Shown one piece after another: positions 12,781 to 25,990 of a stretch of 64,000 nucleotides of DNA; positions within the stretch are counted from its first letter, which is position 1, and the number at the start of each line of letters is the position of its first letter. The notes beneath the pieces are model-generated. The model did no database searches and was not told the DNA's origin. It saw only the letters and a list, made by a program, of their open reading frames with translations. Origin of the DNA: Lama guanicoe. Its lineage: Eukaryota. The position numbers and the translations under genes are program-made. The stretch lies in assembly GCA_013239625.1 (NCBI GenBank), contig MU054323.1:17240029-17304028 (forward strand), read 5' to 3'.

Positions 12781-14064
12781 CTCTTTCAATCAAATTTAAA
12801 ACCCCATCACTACAAGTTTCCTCTGACTCCATATCCTCCTAGGTAAGAACATTGTAAGAAAGAAGTCCAATATCTCAAATTCTTCTGTAAATACAGTAGT
12901 ACATATACTTACAACAATGTAAGGTCATTAAAAGCTTAACAGGAGACCAAAAAAAGGGGGGGATAAACTCAATTCTGTAAAGTAGTGCATCAAATAACTA
13001 CCTGTTATTTCCAAAAATCAGAAAAGAGAAAGGAATATAAATCAAACAGAAAGATCAGAACTTCATCACAAAACCCGTCCAGCCCCCATAAGTTTGTGTA
13101 GTAAGAAACATTAGAAATAAGCAAGAAGATATTTTGCTCTGATTCTTAAAGAAGAATGTCCAGCCAACCAGAGCAAGCCACAGCAAGCTGGCCTAAAGAG
13201 CGATCAACAACTTGTCTCACCAATCCACAAAATGTTATCTTTACAACTTGATCTGAGATCTGCTCTCAAAATTTTGAATAAAGACTTGCGGGCTTTATCC
13301 AATAAGACTCTCCCCCCAGCATTTTCCAGTAAACAGGGATCAGGCTGTATAATTCACATGGATAGATTCTATTTCATTTAGCCTGGTAAGATATCAACTA
13401 TCTTTGCTTAACCTGGACACAGGGACCTATGTTTGGCTGGAAGAGTATCCTTTGTTTCACACCCAACTTTGGCTCCCAGGAAAAGCACTGAAAACTGACT
13501 ACAACACCACTCTCCTCCCAGGCAAATCTCTGATTGACCCCCATATATCCAGGTCCATGCAGATACCCAGACCCAGTGCCTTCTTCCAGCATACATCGTA
13601 GCCAGTCTTCTCCCTAAAAAGCCACCAATTAGAGGTGGATACAGAAACAGGAAACGAAGCCTGAGCCCCTCCAATCCAACACTTCATCCCGCTCCGAGGC
13701 TGAATTCAGCTCCCCCGCCCCCAGTCTGAGCGTGAACAGCCTCAGCTGCCGACCCTTGCCTGGCTCGGTCCCAGAGACTGGGATCCTGCTGGTCCAGACT
13801 CACCGACCCTAGCCAGAGAGGTTGGATCCCACTGGGCCGGGAGGCTCCTCAGACCCTACACACCCAGGGAGAGGGAGGCGGTAGAAGGGTCCGCACGCTG
13901 ATAAGCTGGGCGACGCGCAGACCACGCACACAGACATACGTCCCTTGCCCGCGGAAGGGGAGGCCGTCCCAGGCTCGCAGCGCTTCTTCCCAGGGTGGCT
14001 GTCAAAACCCAGAGCTCACCGACAAGGCGCCCCGCCTGGTCGCCGCCACCCAGCCGGACCTCAC

Positions 14065-14110
14065 CTGGAGCGGCTCCGCAGCAGCCCAGCCGCAGCCGCA
14101 CAGCCCTGGC
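14065..14110 (-). other. DHX57: DHX57 non-coding first exon (5' end approximate)
   Basis: Strong minus-strand donor CAG|gtgagg at 14065/14064 within the CpG island. Confidence 0.7.
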
Positions 14111-14235
14111 GCCTTCTGATTGGCTCAACCTCGGGCCCTGCCTTTCCGCTTCCGGGGGAGAGGTGCCTGGTCTCTCTAGCAACCGAGTCGCACCGGCGCC
14201 GAGTGCTACGGCTTGGTTCTCTCCAGGCCGCAGAG

Positions 14236-14293
14236 CTGGCGGCCCAGGGGGAATCACAGACACCAGAAAATCTCTCCAGCACCTGTGTGTCAA
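14236..14293 (+). CDS. MORN2: MORN2 exon 1 coding part from putative CUG start: (L/M)AAQGESQTPENLSSTCVS
   Basis: gagCTGg strong context, in frame with exon 2 through donor CAA|gtgagt; no ATG in the exon. The start codon is inferred. Confidence 0.6.
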
Positions 14294-15204
14294 GTGAGTG
14301 TCCTGTCCTCCCAAAGCCCCGGACAGGAAGGGCCCCGTTAAGTAAAACTCACACTGAGCCGGAGCTCCGCCCCGGGCAACTCCGATACCAGTGCGACGTA
14401 TTTCCTCAGCGTCTACACTGCAAGTGCAGTGGGGACGCGGAATGTCCCTAGTGTGCGAATCTGGAGACCTGGATTCTAGCTCTCATTCGGCCGCAGATCC
14501 GCTGTTGTGACACCTTAGGCAAGTGCCAGCCTCTCTGGTTTCGGTTTCCTCTCTGTGGCCAGTCTGTCTTAGGTTGCCTCCCTGTAAATCTAACATTCCA
14601 AAGTTTCTAACGTGGAACCATTTAAGGGCAATTGAAAACAGCTGGTTTCTGGTTTGATCACGTTTAGTGCTCTGCTTAGTAAACATTTAACGATTGCTTC
14701 CCAAGTGCCACTCATTCACTAGACATTCAGTTCCTACCAGTAGGTACTAAGCACTGAGCTGGACACTAGGGTGAGAAGAGATTTGACTAATCCAGACCCA
14801 GAGGAGTGGGTCTGAGCGGGGACTCTGGCACAAAAGCTCTGTTTTAATAAGGCCCTAAGTACTAAGTAGGGACAGGCCCAGAGTGTTGTGGGGGCTTCTA
14901 TAAGAGTCTGAGGGTGAGGGGAGGTAAGAAAGGCTTTGCAGGTGATTCCTCTGTCTTCCTTTATGCCTCTCTCTGAGAAAAATTTTCAACCTTGTATTCC
15001 AGTTCACTGATTTACTTTTAAATGGTATCTATTCTGCTATTCAGCTCTGCTAAGGAGTTTTATTTCAACAATTACATTGCTAATTGATTATTTTTCATAA
15101 GCATCTGTCCCTGTCTCAAGGCTGCTATACCCTCCTTTTCTCTCTTATTTTAAAGTCCTCTGCCTATTGTGTTATTAACTGTTTCCTCAAAGGCAATGAA
15201 CTTC

Positions 15205-15345
15205 CAGCCTTCTCAACTGGCACTCAGATTAATTTTTAAATTAAAAAAGATCAGTTCTCTTGGCCCACCCACAGAGACTCTGATTCAGTGGTGTCAGGTA
15301 GGGCCTAGGAACTTGTAAGGCATCCCAGAGGTTTCCGATGAATGA
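15205..15345. mobile_element. MER5-like hAT-Charlie DNA transposon fragment
   Basis: cccacagagactctgattcagtggtgtcaggtagggcctaggaa...catcccagaggtttccgatg. Confidence 0.55.
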
Positions 15346-15679
15346 GACACACTTCAAGTAACACTCTATTAGACTATTGTTTACTTACCTTCTCCACATA
15401 TGTTTTCTTCAGTATTGGAAAAACTTAAGTTTCTAATGTTTTAGTCCACTAAGTGTCCCAGGGCTCTGAAACATAGGTTCCACACACACCCCTACCTCTC
15501 CAGTCCTGTGGTTTTCTTTTTCCCTTTTTCACCTGGTCTCCATTTCAGTCTCATTCTGTTTGGATCCCCCTCCCTACTTCCACCTCTCCTCACTCTCTTT
15601 ATTTTCTATTTCCTCCTACTGTCAAATCAAAGATTGCTCACTCCACCATACCTGTGAGACAGTCAATAGATCATATATA

Positions 15680-16180
15680 GGCTACTCTAAGAGAAATAAA
15701 AACTTACACATGAATGTTCACAGCAGCATTATTCCTGACACCCCAAACTGAAAACAACCCAACTGTCCATCAACTGATGAATGGATAGACAAAATGTGTT
15801 ATTTTTATACAATGGACTATTCAGCAATAAAAATGTTGAAGTATTGATACATGCTACAACATGGTTGGACCCTGAAAACATGCTAAGTAAGCTAATCACA
15901 AAGGACCACATATTGTTTGACTCTATTTCTATGAAATGTCCAGAATACACCAGTATATGGAGACAGAGAGTAGATCGGTGGTTGCCAGGGGCTGGGGAAG
16001 AGGATAGGGGGCAATTAGGGTAATGGAGATTAACTGCTAATGTTTACAGGATTTCTTTTGGGGGGGTGATTAAAATATTCCAAAATTAGATTGTGGTGAC
16101 AGTTGCACAACTCTGAGTATACTTTTAAAGGGTAAGTCTTGTGGTATGAGAATTAAATATTAACAAAGCTGTTATAATAA
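15680..16180 (+). mobile_element. Old L1 3' end fragment
   Basis: aatgttcacagcagcattattc...actgatacatgctacaacatgg-like...gtggttgccaggggctgggg. Confidence 0.8.
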
Positions 16181-16385
16181 ACAAATACATAAAAATAGAT
16201 CATCTAGACAAAATTATTTATTTCCTCAGGACCCTACACTAGACTATGGAAATACCAAGTAATCATGATATGCTTGTGATCATATGAAGGGAGTCTATTT
16301 GGTTAGCTCTTAAAGCACACTTGTTATAGGTCTTATGACAAAAATATTTACATTTGTGTGACTTTTCTTAAATCTTTTAAAACAG

Positions 16386-16436
16386 CTCCAGAAGTATTTA
16401 AGATAAACTTTGTATTTCCAAATGGAGACAAGTATG
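16386..16436 (+). CDS. MORN2: MORN2 exon 2, 51 nt: (T)PEVFKINFVFPNGDKY(D)
   Basis: Acceptor aaacag|CT, donor TATG|gtaagc; FPNGDKY is a MORN-type turn motif. Confidence 0.8.
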
Positions 16437-16857
16437 GTAAGCATACATTTCAAGTACTTTCTATATAGACTAAAATTAAATAGCTTGAGTACAAAACTGA
16501 GACTGTCACACTTATAAAACTACTACTGAGATATTAACTCCATTAAATAAAATAACCTAGAAATACTAATAGATGAATAGATTTAAAATCTAAATGATAA
16601 TGTTAAGTGTAGACAGTATGCCTTAGAAACCCATGGGAGAGCCATACCCATATGCCAGTCTTCCCGGCCTTTGGGTCTCAGTGGTCACACCTTCTAGGTC
16701 CATGGAGCCCTTCATCTCCGGTCCCAGTGGTTTCCAGTGCTAGAGAGCCAAAGAAACCCACAGGGATGCAGTTCTGATAAAGCCTGAACATAAATACTTT
16801 ATTACTTAGTCAAACAGGGCTCCCGTCTATAATCTTCAGTATTTCTCTCTTGTTTAG

Positions 16858-16964
16858 ATGGGGACTGTACAAGAACATCTTCTGGAGTCTTTGAGAGAAA
16901 TGGAATAGGTATTCATACCACTCCTAATGGGATTGTCTACACAGGAAGCTGGAAAGATGACAAG
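16858..16964 (+). CDS. MORN2: MORN2 exon 3, 107 nt: (D)GDCTRTSSGVFERNGIGIHTTPNGIVYTGSWKDDK
   Basis: Acceptor ttgtttag|AT, donor AAG|gtatta; MORN repeat sequence. Confidence 0.85.
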
Positions 16965-17061
16965 GTATTAAAGTTATTTTGAACACTGACAGTGGATAAG
17001 TAACTCTATTAGTTGAATGATTCCAGGCATTTCAGCATTAATCAAAAATATATATGAGTAG

Positions 17062-17312
17062 GGGGGTGGGAAGGGACAGAGTGGGAGTTTGAGATTTGCA
17101 GACACTGACAGGTATATGTAGAATAGATAAACAAGTTTATACTGTATAGCACAGGGAAATACATTCAAGATCTTGTAGTAGCTCACGGTGAAAAAATATG
17201 AAAATGAATATATGTTTATTCATGTATGACTGAAAAATTGTGCTGTATACCAGTAATTGACACAACATTGTAAACTGACTATAACTCAATAAAAAAAGGA
17301 AAAAATTTTTAA
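17062..17312 (+). mobile_element. Young 5'-truncated L1 3' end with TSD
   Basis: Ends aactgactataactcaataaaaaaa; TSD atatatgagtag (17050-17061) / atacatgagtag (17313-17324). Confidence 0.85.
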
Positions 17313-17925
17313 ATACATGAGTAGACCATACAGTAAAAATAACAAATGATTGTATTTAATATATATGAACACATGAATAGTATTAGATTCATGCAGAGAG
17401 CTAATTATCATCATTATCATCTTTTTCGTTTCCTATCATTGAGCAAACTTAACTCATTACACAATTTTCTCATTTAATCCTCATAGCATCCTCATGAATT
17501 AGATACCATTAATATTCCTATTTTACAATTGAGGGAAATCAGGCTCAGGTTTCTTGCCCAGCTAGTAAGTGATGAAACAAGAATGTTTTTGGTTCTGCTC
17601 AAATACACATTTTTGTTCTTAACGTAACTTCCTTGTGCTGTTTCCTGGGCTAACTAAACTGGTTGTCCTTTAAGATTTTTGATATATTCAAGGTATCTTG
17701 AGGTCTCCTGTTATTATCATCATGGACCCCCAAGATGTTCCAGTGCCCCAGATCAGAAACACTGACCTGCTGAGCTTCACAGAGAGATACATATAAAGGA
17801 CAATGATTAAAATGTTATTTTATGCAGATAAAGGGTAATACAATGACAGATTAAATAATAACTAAGTGGATGATAGACATATGTGTACATTTTTAAAATG
17901 TTCTAGGGAAACAGAAGGTTACTGA

Positions 17926-18087
<162 letters not shown>

Positions 18088-18454
18088 TAAGCTTAAAATA
18101 AAAAGTCATTGTAGTTCTAAAAGATTCTTTTCAGGCACATTTGTTTAAAATTTAGGGAATGCTAAATACCTTTTGTAATGTATCTAGTTAAAATACATTT
18201 ATAATATATTTCGTAAGAATTGTCATGTTGTATTTTGGGAAAGAAAAAATGTTAATGAGAGGCTAAGGCCATCATGAGCCTCTAAAACAAAATATCATTC
18301 TTGGTGCTAATTTATTAGACTTTTCATTTATTTCCTCTTGACTCCTCTATTCCTATAGAACTTTTTGTAGTCGTACTGGAAATGGAAAGCTTATTGCAAT
18401 TATTGAGAATATTTAGGCCAAAATTATTTTGACTTGAAATATACTGATAAAATT

Positions 18455-18957
18455 TTTTTTTAGTTTTAATTTTTTTTTCCAGTTTGAGATATAATTCACA
18501 TACAGCAGTGTATAAGTTCAAGGTATACAGCATAATGATTTGACTTACATACATCATGAAATGATTATCACAATTACGTTTAGTGAGCATCCATCATCTC
18601 ACATAGATACAAAAGAAAAAGAAAAAAATAGTTTTTTTCCTTGTGATAAGAACTAAGGATTTACTCTCTTAACTTTCTTATATAACATAGAGCAGTGTTA
18701 ATTACATCATGTGCATCACATCCCTCATACTTCTTTATCTTATAACCAGAAGTTTGTACCTTTTGACTACCTTCAACCAATCGCCACCCCCACCCCCAAC
18801 CACACATCTGATCTCTTTTTCTATGAGTTTGTTTGTTTTTTGAAGTATAATTGATCTTCAACACCATGTTAGTACCTGGCGTACAACATAGGGATTTGAT
18901 ATTTCTATACATTACAAAAAATGATCACTACCATAAATCTAGTTACCATTTGTCATT
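18455..18957 (-). mobile_element. L1 3' end fragment, antisense
   Basis: T-rich tail, then gagatataattcacatac...gtatacagcataatgatttgac. Confidence 0.75.
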
Positions 18958-19755
18958 GATAAACTTTTTAAAAAAGCAGCCTTGGGGATAATTTCGTAAT
19001 TTTTTATTTCATTTTGACTTGATATGTGTATACATTTTTACTAGGCTAATTTTTAAAATGTAAGCAAAATTAGTTAATTTTCAAACTGTGAAAATGTACC
19101 CACTGTCGTCCTTTATGAGCATATGATTATAAGAAAAATGAAAGTGAAGGGAAACATTAGCACAGCTTTATAAGCTTAACCCTCACACAGAGCAGTACAC
19201 CATGCCATCCAGAGGCTCATCTTCATTTATAAAACTACCCCTTCATTACTTCCAGAATTGAAAGTGCAACCTAGTTGTTACAAAGTAGTTGATACATATT
19301 CAGAAGGGTAGAAAAGTATTCTGATGCCAAGTTTTTGACAACAACATATAAACTTTTTCCACTGATATTAATAAAGGGAGAAAACTCTAACCCATGGGAT
19401 AAAGGTCTATGTGGTTATGTGAAGTGATTTTTCACCACTCCAAAGAGTCCAAGAAAACACCAGCTTAGAGCATAGCACCTCAGACACAGTTAAAGGTCCA
19501 TAAATATTTGTTGAATAAATGAATGAACTAATTAAGCCAGATAACCAATATAAGCTTTTCATTTTTTGACTGATTGTCTTGGTTTTGTATAAATTAAACA
19601 TATGTGATCTTAAAATCTTAGACACCAAAATTTGTATAATGACAATATTTGTTTGGAATAGTAGTATTTTTTTTTGTAGGATATGAAAGCAGGATGCCAG
19701 GTTTTAAATTAGAGTTTAAAGTGGAAAGATATAATTCTTCATACATAGTATATAA

Positions 19756-19935
<180 letters not shown>

Positions 19936-20048
19936 ATATTCTGCATTCAAGTTTTAACGTGGTAATTGAAGCTTTTAGTTGTAAGAAAAACAACTAAATC
20001 TGTCATCTGAAATAACTTCATACACGACCTACATATTATAATTTTGCC

Positions 20049-20054
20049 AATAAA
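20049..20054 (+). terminator. MORN2: MORN2 polyadenylation signal AATAAA
   Basis: First AATAAA, about 115 nt after the stop, followed by U-rich sequence; further copies near 20113 and 20151. Confidence 0.65.
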
Positions 20055-20239
20055 ACCATCACTCACTTATGCCTTTTTGAACTTTCTTTTCATTATCTTA
20101 TAACTAGTTTAAAATAAATTATGTGATTTAATTGAGAGTTTGCTCATTTTAATAAATGCAGCCAAACTATTCAGATCTTGACAAAGTCAATTTCCAATCC
20201 TGTACCTGAGTTTCGTCATCTTTAAGAAGTATGTCTATA

Positions 20240-21158
20240 TGTTAAAGGAAACTACCCAAAAAATGAGGACAGTCCACAGAGTGGGAGAAAATATTTGTGA
20301 ATCATATACTGATAAAGTTTCTAGAATATATACAGAACTCATATATATAAATATATATATATATATTAAAAAAAGACAACCCAATTTAAAAATGGGCAAA
20401 GGCTTTAAATAGACATGTCTTCAAAGAAGATACAGAAGTGTCTGATAAGCAAATGAAAAGATGCTCAACATCATTACTCTTTATGGAAATGTGAATTAAA
20501 CCCATAATAAGGTACCACTTCACAATCACTAGGATGGCTATATTAAAAAAAGAGAATTACAAAGATTGGCAAGGATGTGGAAAAATTGGAAACCTCAAAC
20601 ATTTCTGGTAGGAATGAAAAATGGCACAGCCACTGTGAAAACAGTTTCTCAAAAAACTGACATGTAATTACCATATGACCCCACAATTCCTATGTACGCA
20701 CTCAAGAGAACTGACTCATATACAAGTGTTTATAGCAGCATTATTCACATTATCCCAGTACTGGAAACAGCCTGGATGTTCATCAACTGACAAATGGATA
20801 AATAAAATGTAATAAATCTGTACAATGGAATATTATTCCACCATAAAAAGGAATGAAGTACTAACACATAACATAAATAAACTTGCTACATAAATAAACT
20901 TGAAAACATTGTACTAAGTGAAAAAAGCCAGTCACAAAAGGCCACATAATACATGGCCTTTTATATCAAATGTCCAGAACAGGTAAATCCATAGAGATAG
21001 GAAATAGATTAGTGGTTGCCAGGGATGGAGGAATTGGGAGGCACTGGGTTTCTTTTTGGGGTCATGCAAATAGTCTAGAATTATTTGTAGTACAACCTTA
21101 TAAATACTAAAAATCACTGAATTGTTCATATTAAAAGGGAAGTTTTATGTAAGTCATA
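20240..21158 (+). mobile_element. Old L1 ORF2 end and 3' UTR; its last ~30 nt resume at 21722-21750 after an LTR
   Basis: tgggagaaaatatttg...aaaagatgctcaacatcatta...; terminal gtgaattatatctcaa lies after the LTR. Confidence 0.85.
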
Positions 21159-21721
21159 TGTACTGGAGAAAAATTCACCACCCCAAAATGGGTCTTTGGC
21201 ATAAGGAATAATTTAGGGTGATTATTTTTAAGAAATAGAAGTCTTCTGAAGTCTTTCTTTTTCCCTCCCCCTTAGCTGCCTAAAGAATTTAGATAAAGGA
21301 CCTGTTCCCAGAATAGAGGTATACCAGACATACCTGCAAACACTTTAGGCTAGGTGGGGGCAGGGAAACTGCAAGGCCTAGAGTTTCAAGTTCATTCCTG
21401 TCTCACTGTCTCAGCATGGCCCCACAAACATTTCTTTACCAAACTTTTGCTTTTCCATCTCCACATGAATTGTCTTCCTCCCCTCTGAAGCCCCAAACTA
21501 TTACCTTCAATATCCTCTTTTGTCTTTAGCTGAAGATGGTATTTAAGGTGAAGGCTTTAGCCATTTTAGTGAGCTACTCAGTTTTCCTGATTCTCTCCCA
21601 TGTTATGTTATTAAATTTCTGTTTGATTTTCTCCTGTTACTCTGTCTCATGTCAAATCTGTAATTCTTAGACCAGCCAGTAAAGCCTAGAAGGGTAGGGG
21701 AAATTTTATTTCTCCCTGACA
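21159..21721 (+). mobile_element. Solo LTR, MER34/MER39-like (ERV1)
   Basis: TGTA start with caccccaaaat...tttggcataagga; ATTAAA near 21610; ends tttctccctgaCA. Confidence 0.7.
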
Positions 21722-22659
21722 TGGGTGAATTATATCTCAATTTTTTAAAAAAGTAGATCAGTGTATGCTCACATAGTCTATGCCTAGAAAGCTGCAATAT
21801 CTTTAAGATAAAATAATTTTTAAATTACCAAAACAGTACATGACAGCTACATATCAAAAATTAAAATAAAGACCCTACTGTTTTTGCTGAAACTATTTTT
21901 CCCAAACTGACCCCCTAAATGGTGTATGCAATAGGTAACTTCTGTATCATACTTCTTCCCTCAAAATCTTGGGAAAATTTGCATTTCTCAATATATCATT
22001 GCCAAAATTTTTTTATTTTTATTTTTTGTTGTACTACTATAAATCTGGGTTGAAATGTCTTTTAAAATATTGAAATTAAAATGGTATTCTTGGTAGTTTG
22101 TCATAATAATAGCTTTGTATTTAATTTCAAAAGACGCTATTTTTAGGTGTTCAAAGATACATTTTAAAAATTAGACATCTCCGGATATATTGCTTAGCAT
22201 TAACTGGTATGGTTTTAGAATTAAATATTTTTATTGAACTGGAGTTTATAAGGAGATAAATATTGGACAAGTTAAGATAAGGTGAGAGGATGTTTCAGGG
22301 ACCAGGACAAATAATACAAATTCAAAACTTCTGGAAAATATAGAAAAATATCTGCTTTACTGCAAATTAAATATTTTCCAATATTTTTCTTCAAATTATT
22401 TAAGGTAGGAAGATATATACATTGCTTTAAAGATACTTACCTTTTAATTGATGTATAAATAACCTTTCAATGCTCAAGTTTCCAGTTTTCTAAGATACCA
22501 AAGTCATTCCTCTTAAAAACAGTTTTCTTTCTTTTACTCCTTGAAACTAAGTGCAGTTCAGTTATTTGATTAGTTGATGCTAGAATCTGACCTGGAGCTT
22601 ATATAATTAGAAGACACACTAGTTTTCCTCATTTAAAAGCCTAGTTAGCATATGACAGT

Positions 22660-22775
22660 CTCGTTTCCGGGGAAGTCAAACCTCTACTGCTTCTTTTTAT
22701 AACCTTTAAGTTAATTCAGAATCCACATAAGCCTTGATCCGAGAATGATATAATAACCACAGCAAGCAACATGGG
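22660..22775 (+). other. ARHGEF33: Putative ARHGEF33 first (leader) exon; 5' end approximate
   Basis: Donor GGG|gtaagt at 22775/22776; X-box/ETS-like GTTTCCGGGGAAG at 22663-22675; non-repetitive context. Confidence 0.5.
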
Positions 22776-23917
22776 GTAAGTGTGTGCTTTTATGTGCTTT
22801 GAGAGTCATTGAGAGGGCAAATATTTTCATAAGAGAAGAAATCCCATAAATCCTGACTAATTTAGATTCAAAATTGCTAATTTTTATTTAAGATAGTCAT
22901 TTAAAGAAATAACTTTTTATTCAAAAGTTGTAACAGTTTGTAAAATATTCATTTTCTTGCTTAATTTTTATATGTCATAATCTGCCTTTGTAGGTTATCA
23001 ACTAATGAAATGTTTAGACTGAAGAGTTTTGCATATTTACATATTTAGTTGAAGCTGAGTTAAATTTTGAGAGCAATCTTAAAGAAAAGATGGCTGAATT
23101 CTTGTTTTACAGGGCAAATAAATCCAATATGTATATGCCTCTTTGGGATTAAGAATAAAGAATGAAAAAGATTAGGAATGGAGGGAGGTTAATTTATGCC
23201 TTTCATAACACAGAAAAGGGATAGAGGATTCTATCAGAGTTCAATCCTTTATGTGTAGAAAGATATGTGCTAATTAATTATACAGGAATATTAGTGAAAA
23301 TTTCTTAAACCCTTGTTGGGGGTTTTGGGAGCATGATAAGAATTGGGTTTCACTTGAAATCTTTCTATTCTTAAGTGAGAATAGGAATCCATTATAATTA
23401 TTATTGGAATTATATGGGTTTTTATATGTTGAAACAATATTCTGAAAAATACAGAAATCTGTCTTTGTATAACCCTTTTGTCTTTTTAAATAGCTTCTTT
23501 CAATACAAAATTATATTTGCTGCAAATGGTATAGCCATTTAACTGAAGGCACTTCTGAAGGATTTAACAAAAAAAAATCAGAAATTTATACTAGAGAAAT
23601 AACTTTTTTGACACATTTATTCTAAACAGTTCCCATGAACTTAAGTAACATCTACATTTTTTGCTAATATACCATGGGCTCTGAAAATGCAACTTAAACC
23701 AGTTTGAAATCTCAGAGGCTTTTGGAAGGAAGATGATCATACCATTCTTAACTTTCAATACAAATATAAAGGTTAACAGATAAGTGACTTGAACAAATTT
23801 CACATACATTTGATGATTTGATTTGGGACAGAATTGATGAGATTCCTGAATTCTTTTTTCTCCCTCCTTCCTCTCTCTCCCCACCTTCCTCCTCCTCCCT
23901 CCTTTTTTCTTTAATGG

Positions 23918-24089
23918 CTGGAGTTCTTAACCTTTTTTGGGGTCAAGGATCACTCTTTAAAAATTTTTATAAACCAGCCCATCCTCTCTGCAAAAAAAAG
24001 TAAAAATCATACCAAATTTTGCATCTAGTTTCAGGAGATTTACAGATGGCCTGAAGCACAGTCTGTGGACCCCAGATTAAGAACCTTTG
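23918..24089. mobile_element. hAT-Charlie type MITE
   Basis: Terminal inverted repeats gttcttaacct ... agattaagaac. Confidence 0.55.
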
Positions 24090-25329
24090 ATTTTGAGCTT
24101 TAGGACTAGAGTATGAGTTGCTCAATATTTTTCTTAGCTTCTGGATTTTTATAAAATGTAAGCGTCTTTTAAATGAATAATTTCTGCTAATCTTCTCTCA
24201 AGGACAATGTCGAAGATGCTAACTCTCCCACTGATCAACTCCCAACACACACATACAACTTACATGAGAATGAAACACAATTTAACCAATATCCATAGTT
24301 TTGACCATTATATTACTGTTGCTTATCCCCAGTGACTTGATTAATCACTTATGCTTTCAAGAGTGCCAGAAATCACCTTGGGAATCATGGAAAGAAAAAA
24401 AAAATCCTCCTTATTTGATTTCATTTATTGCTTACAGTGCCCCACATAAGATGAACTGAACCATAAATTGCAAAATAATGCACAGGACAATTCTGATTGG
24501 TAGGGTCATGATTCTTTTGTTGTCTGCTCCTGCCCTTACTCAGAAAAGAAAGATTAGTAGGTATTAACACCCATTTAAATCTTCCTAAATAATCAGAAAA
24601 ATAAAAAGAGAAAGTGGCAGCTGATCAGGTGCTCAAATTTGTCCATGTGAGGAAATCTCTAGAATTTATCCCCCAAGAATGAGAAATTAGCTATTTAGGA
24701 TTTGGGGGAGGGGGTGTTACTTATCTGAAAGCTATCTGAGAATACAATGCCCTCATATGGGTCTATGCCAACTCTTCCCATTTTTTTTTTAAAGGCTATG
24801 CTGGCATGGTTTTAGCAACAAAGAGACAAATTAGAAAATACTCATGCTCTTTAGAAAGCCTCCTCCTTCTCTTAAGATTTCACTGGAGTGGTGGGGAGGC
24901 AGTGGGTAGAGATGGTGGATAAGGGTGGGTAAAGGGATAATTGGGAAGAAGTGGAAACCTTCCTTGTAAGATACCCTGCCACATACTATTTACCATAACA
25001 TCTGGATAAAGGATGAACAGTGGGGCAGAGGGATGGTTGCATTTCTTTGCAGAGATTCTTTCAATATTCCTTCCCCATTCCCTACAGAGTTATCAGTGTA
25101 CCCACAACGGACATCCGGGGAAAATAAAAGTTAAGGCTCTGCTAAAATTGTAGAACCAGTAAGTTATCACAGCATATTCAGCCTCCTTTTAGTTTCCCAG
25201 TTTAAATAACTGTAGAATAATTTTAAATTTTATTTTATGGATAGATTTTCCACTTCTGGATCAGGGAACTGCAGTTCAGCTCTTTTTCCTGGGCAAAGCA
25301 AACATTTAGTTCATGCAGTAGCTTTCTGA

Positions 25330-25990
25330 ATGTTGCTTTTATCTGTGCCCTCCTTTCCTTTCTAAAAGTCGCTTCCCTAATTCAGGCCAACATCATCTTT
25401 TACTTGGATTATTAAAGGTGCTTACTCCTGGCCTCTTTGCAGCCAGTCTTTCCTCTGTAGCCATCTTACTGAAGACATGTGACCTGGTTACTCTCTTGCT
25501 TAAAAACTTTCAGTGACTCCTTATTCTTTCCACTGCAGTGCAGGGTCTCAAGAAGATATCACAGCCCTCTATCTGTCTCTAATCCACCAGGCCAGCCTTA
25601 CCGTCTACTCTACCCTCGATGCTCCCTGGGATCCCTAAATCTACCTATGCCTTGTAACTTTCTACCTGTGTTCCTTTGCTGATCCCCTTTTTGCCATTTA
25701 GACATATTGTTCAAAGCCCAGCTCACATCCTATTTTCTTCATGAAATTTTCTCTGATCCCCACAACTGTAACTCATCTTTTCTCCTCTGCAAGTTTCAGG
25801 CTCTTTATACTTTTCTTATTGCATTTACTCTAATCTATCATACACTGCAGTTATTTGTGTGCCTCATCTTCCCTACTTGACTGTAAGCTCCTTGAAGCAG
25901 GAAGAATGTCATCTTTATATTTCTCCCAGCACCTGGCACAATGCCTTTTACACAGTATGTGCTTAAGAAATGTTTGTTGAATTGAAATGA
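25330..25990 (+). mobile_element. L2 3' fragment
   Basis: gactgtaagctccttgaagcagg...cacctggcacaatg...aaatgtttgttgaattgaa. Confidence 0.7.

Larger units (their letters stand above)
1037..14110 (-). other. DHX57: DHX57 gene, 5' portion (exons 1-6); continues beyond the left edge
   Basis: Five coding exons join in frame to MSSSVRRKGKPGKGGGKG...KICKQFRIKQ, recognised as the DHX57 N-terminus (RGG, UBA, RWD with CCCH finger). The 5' end is approximate. Confidence 0.95.
13690..14510. promoter_or_regulatory. CpG island; bidirectional promoter shared by DHX57 and MORN2
   Basis: Sharp GC/CpG enrichment; CCAAT (ATTGG 14119-14123), ETS/GABP CTTCCGG 14149-14155, X-box-like GTCTCTCTAGCAAC 14170-14183; divergent first-exon donors at 14064 (-) and 14294 (+). 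Confidence 0.85.

Noticed and set aside
13398..13687. Cluster of four short ORFs in DHX57 intron 1
   Set aside because: No recognisable protein and no consistent splice-site pair found
13856..14451. Overlapping 100-168 aa ORFs on both strands
   Set aside because: GC-rich CpG island with few stops and non-ATG starts. Only 14236-14293 of the 13945 frame is supported as coding.
24886..24945. G-rich tract, possible G-quadruplex
   Set aside because: Irregular G-runs with long loops; common in mammalian introns
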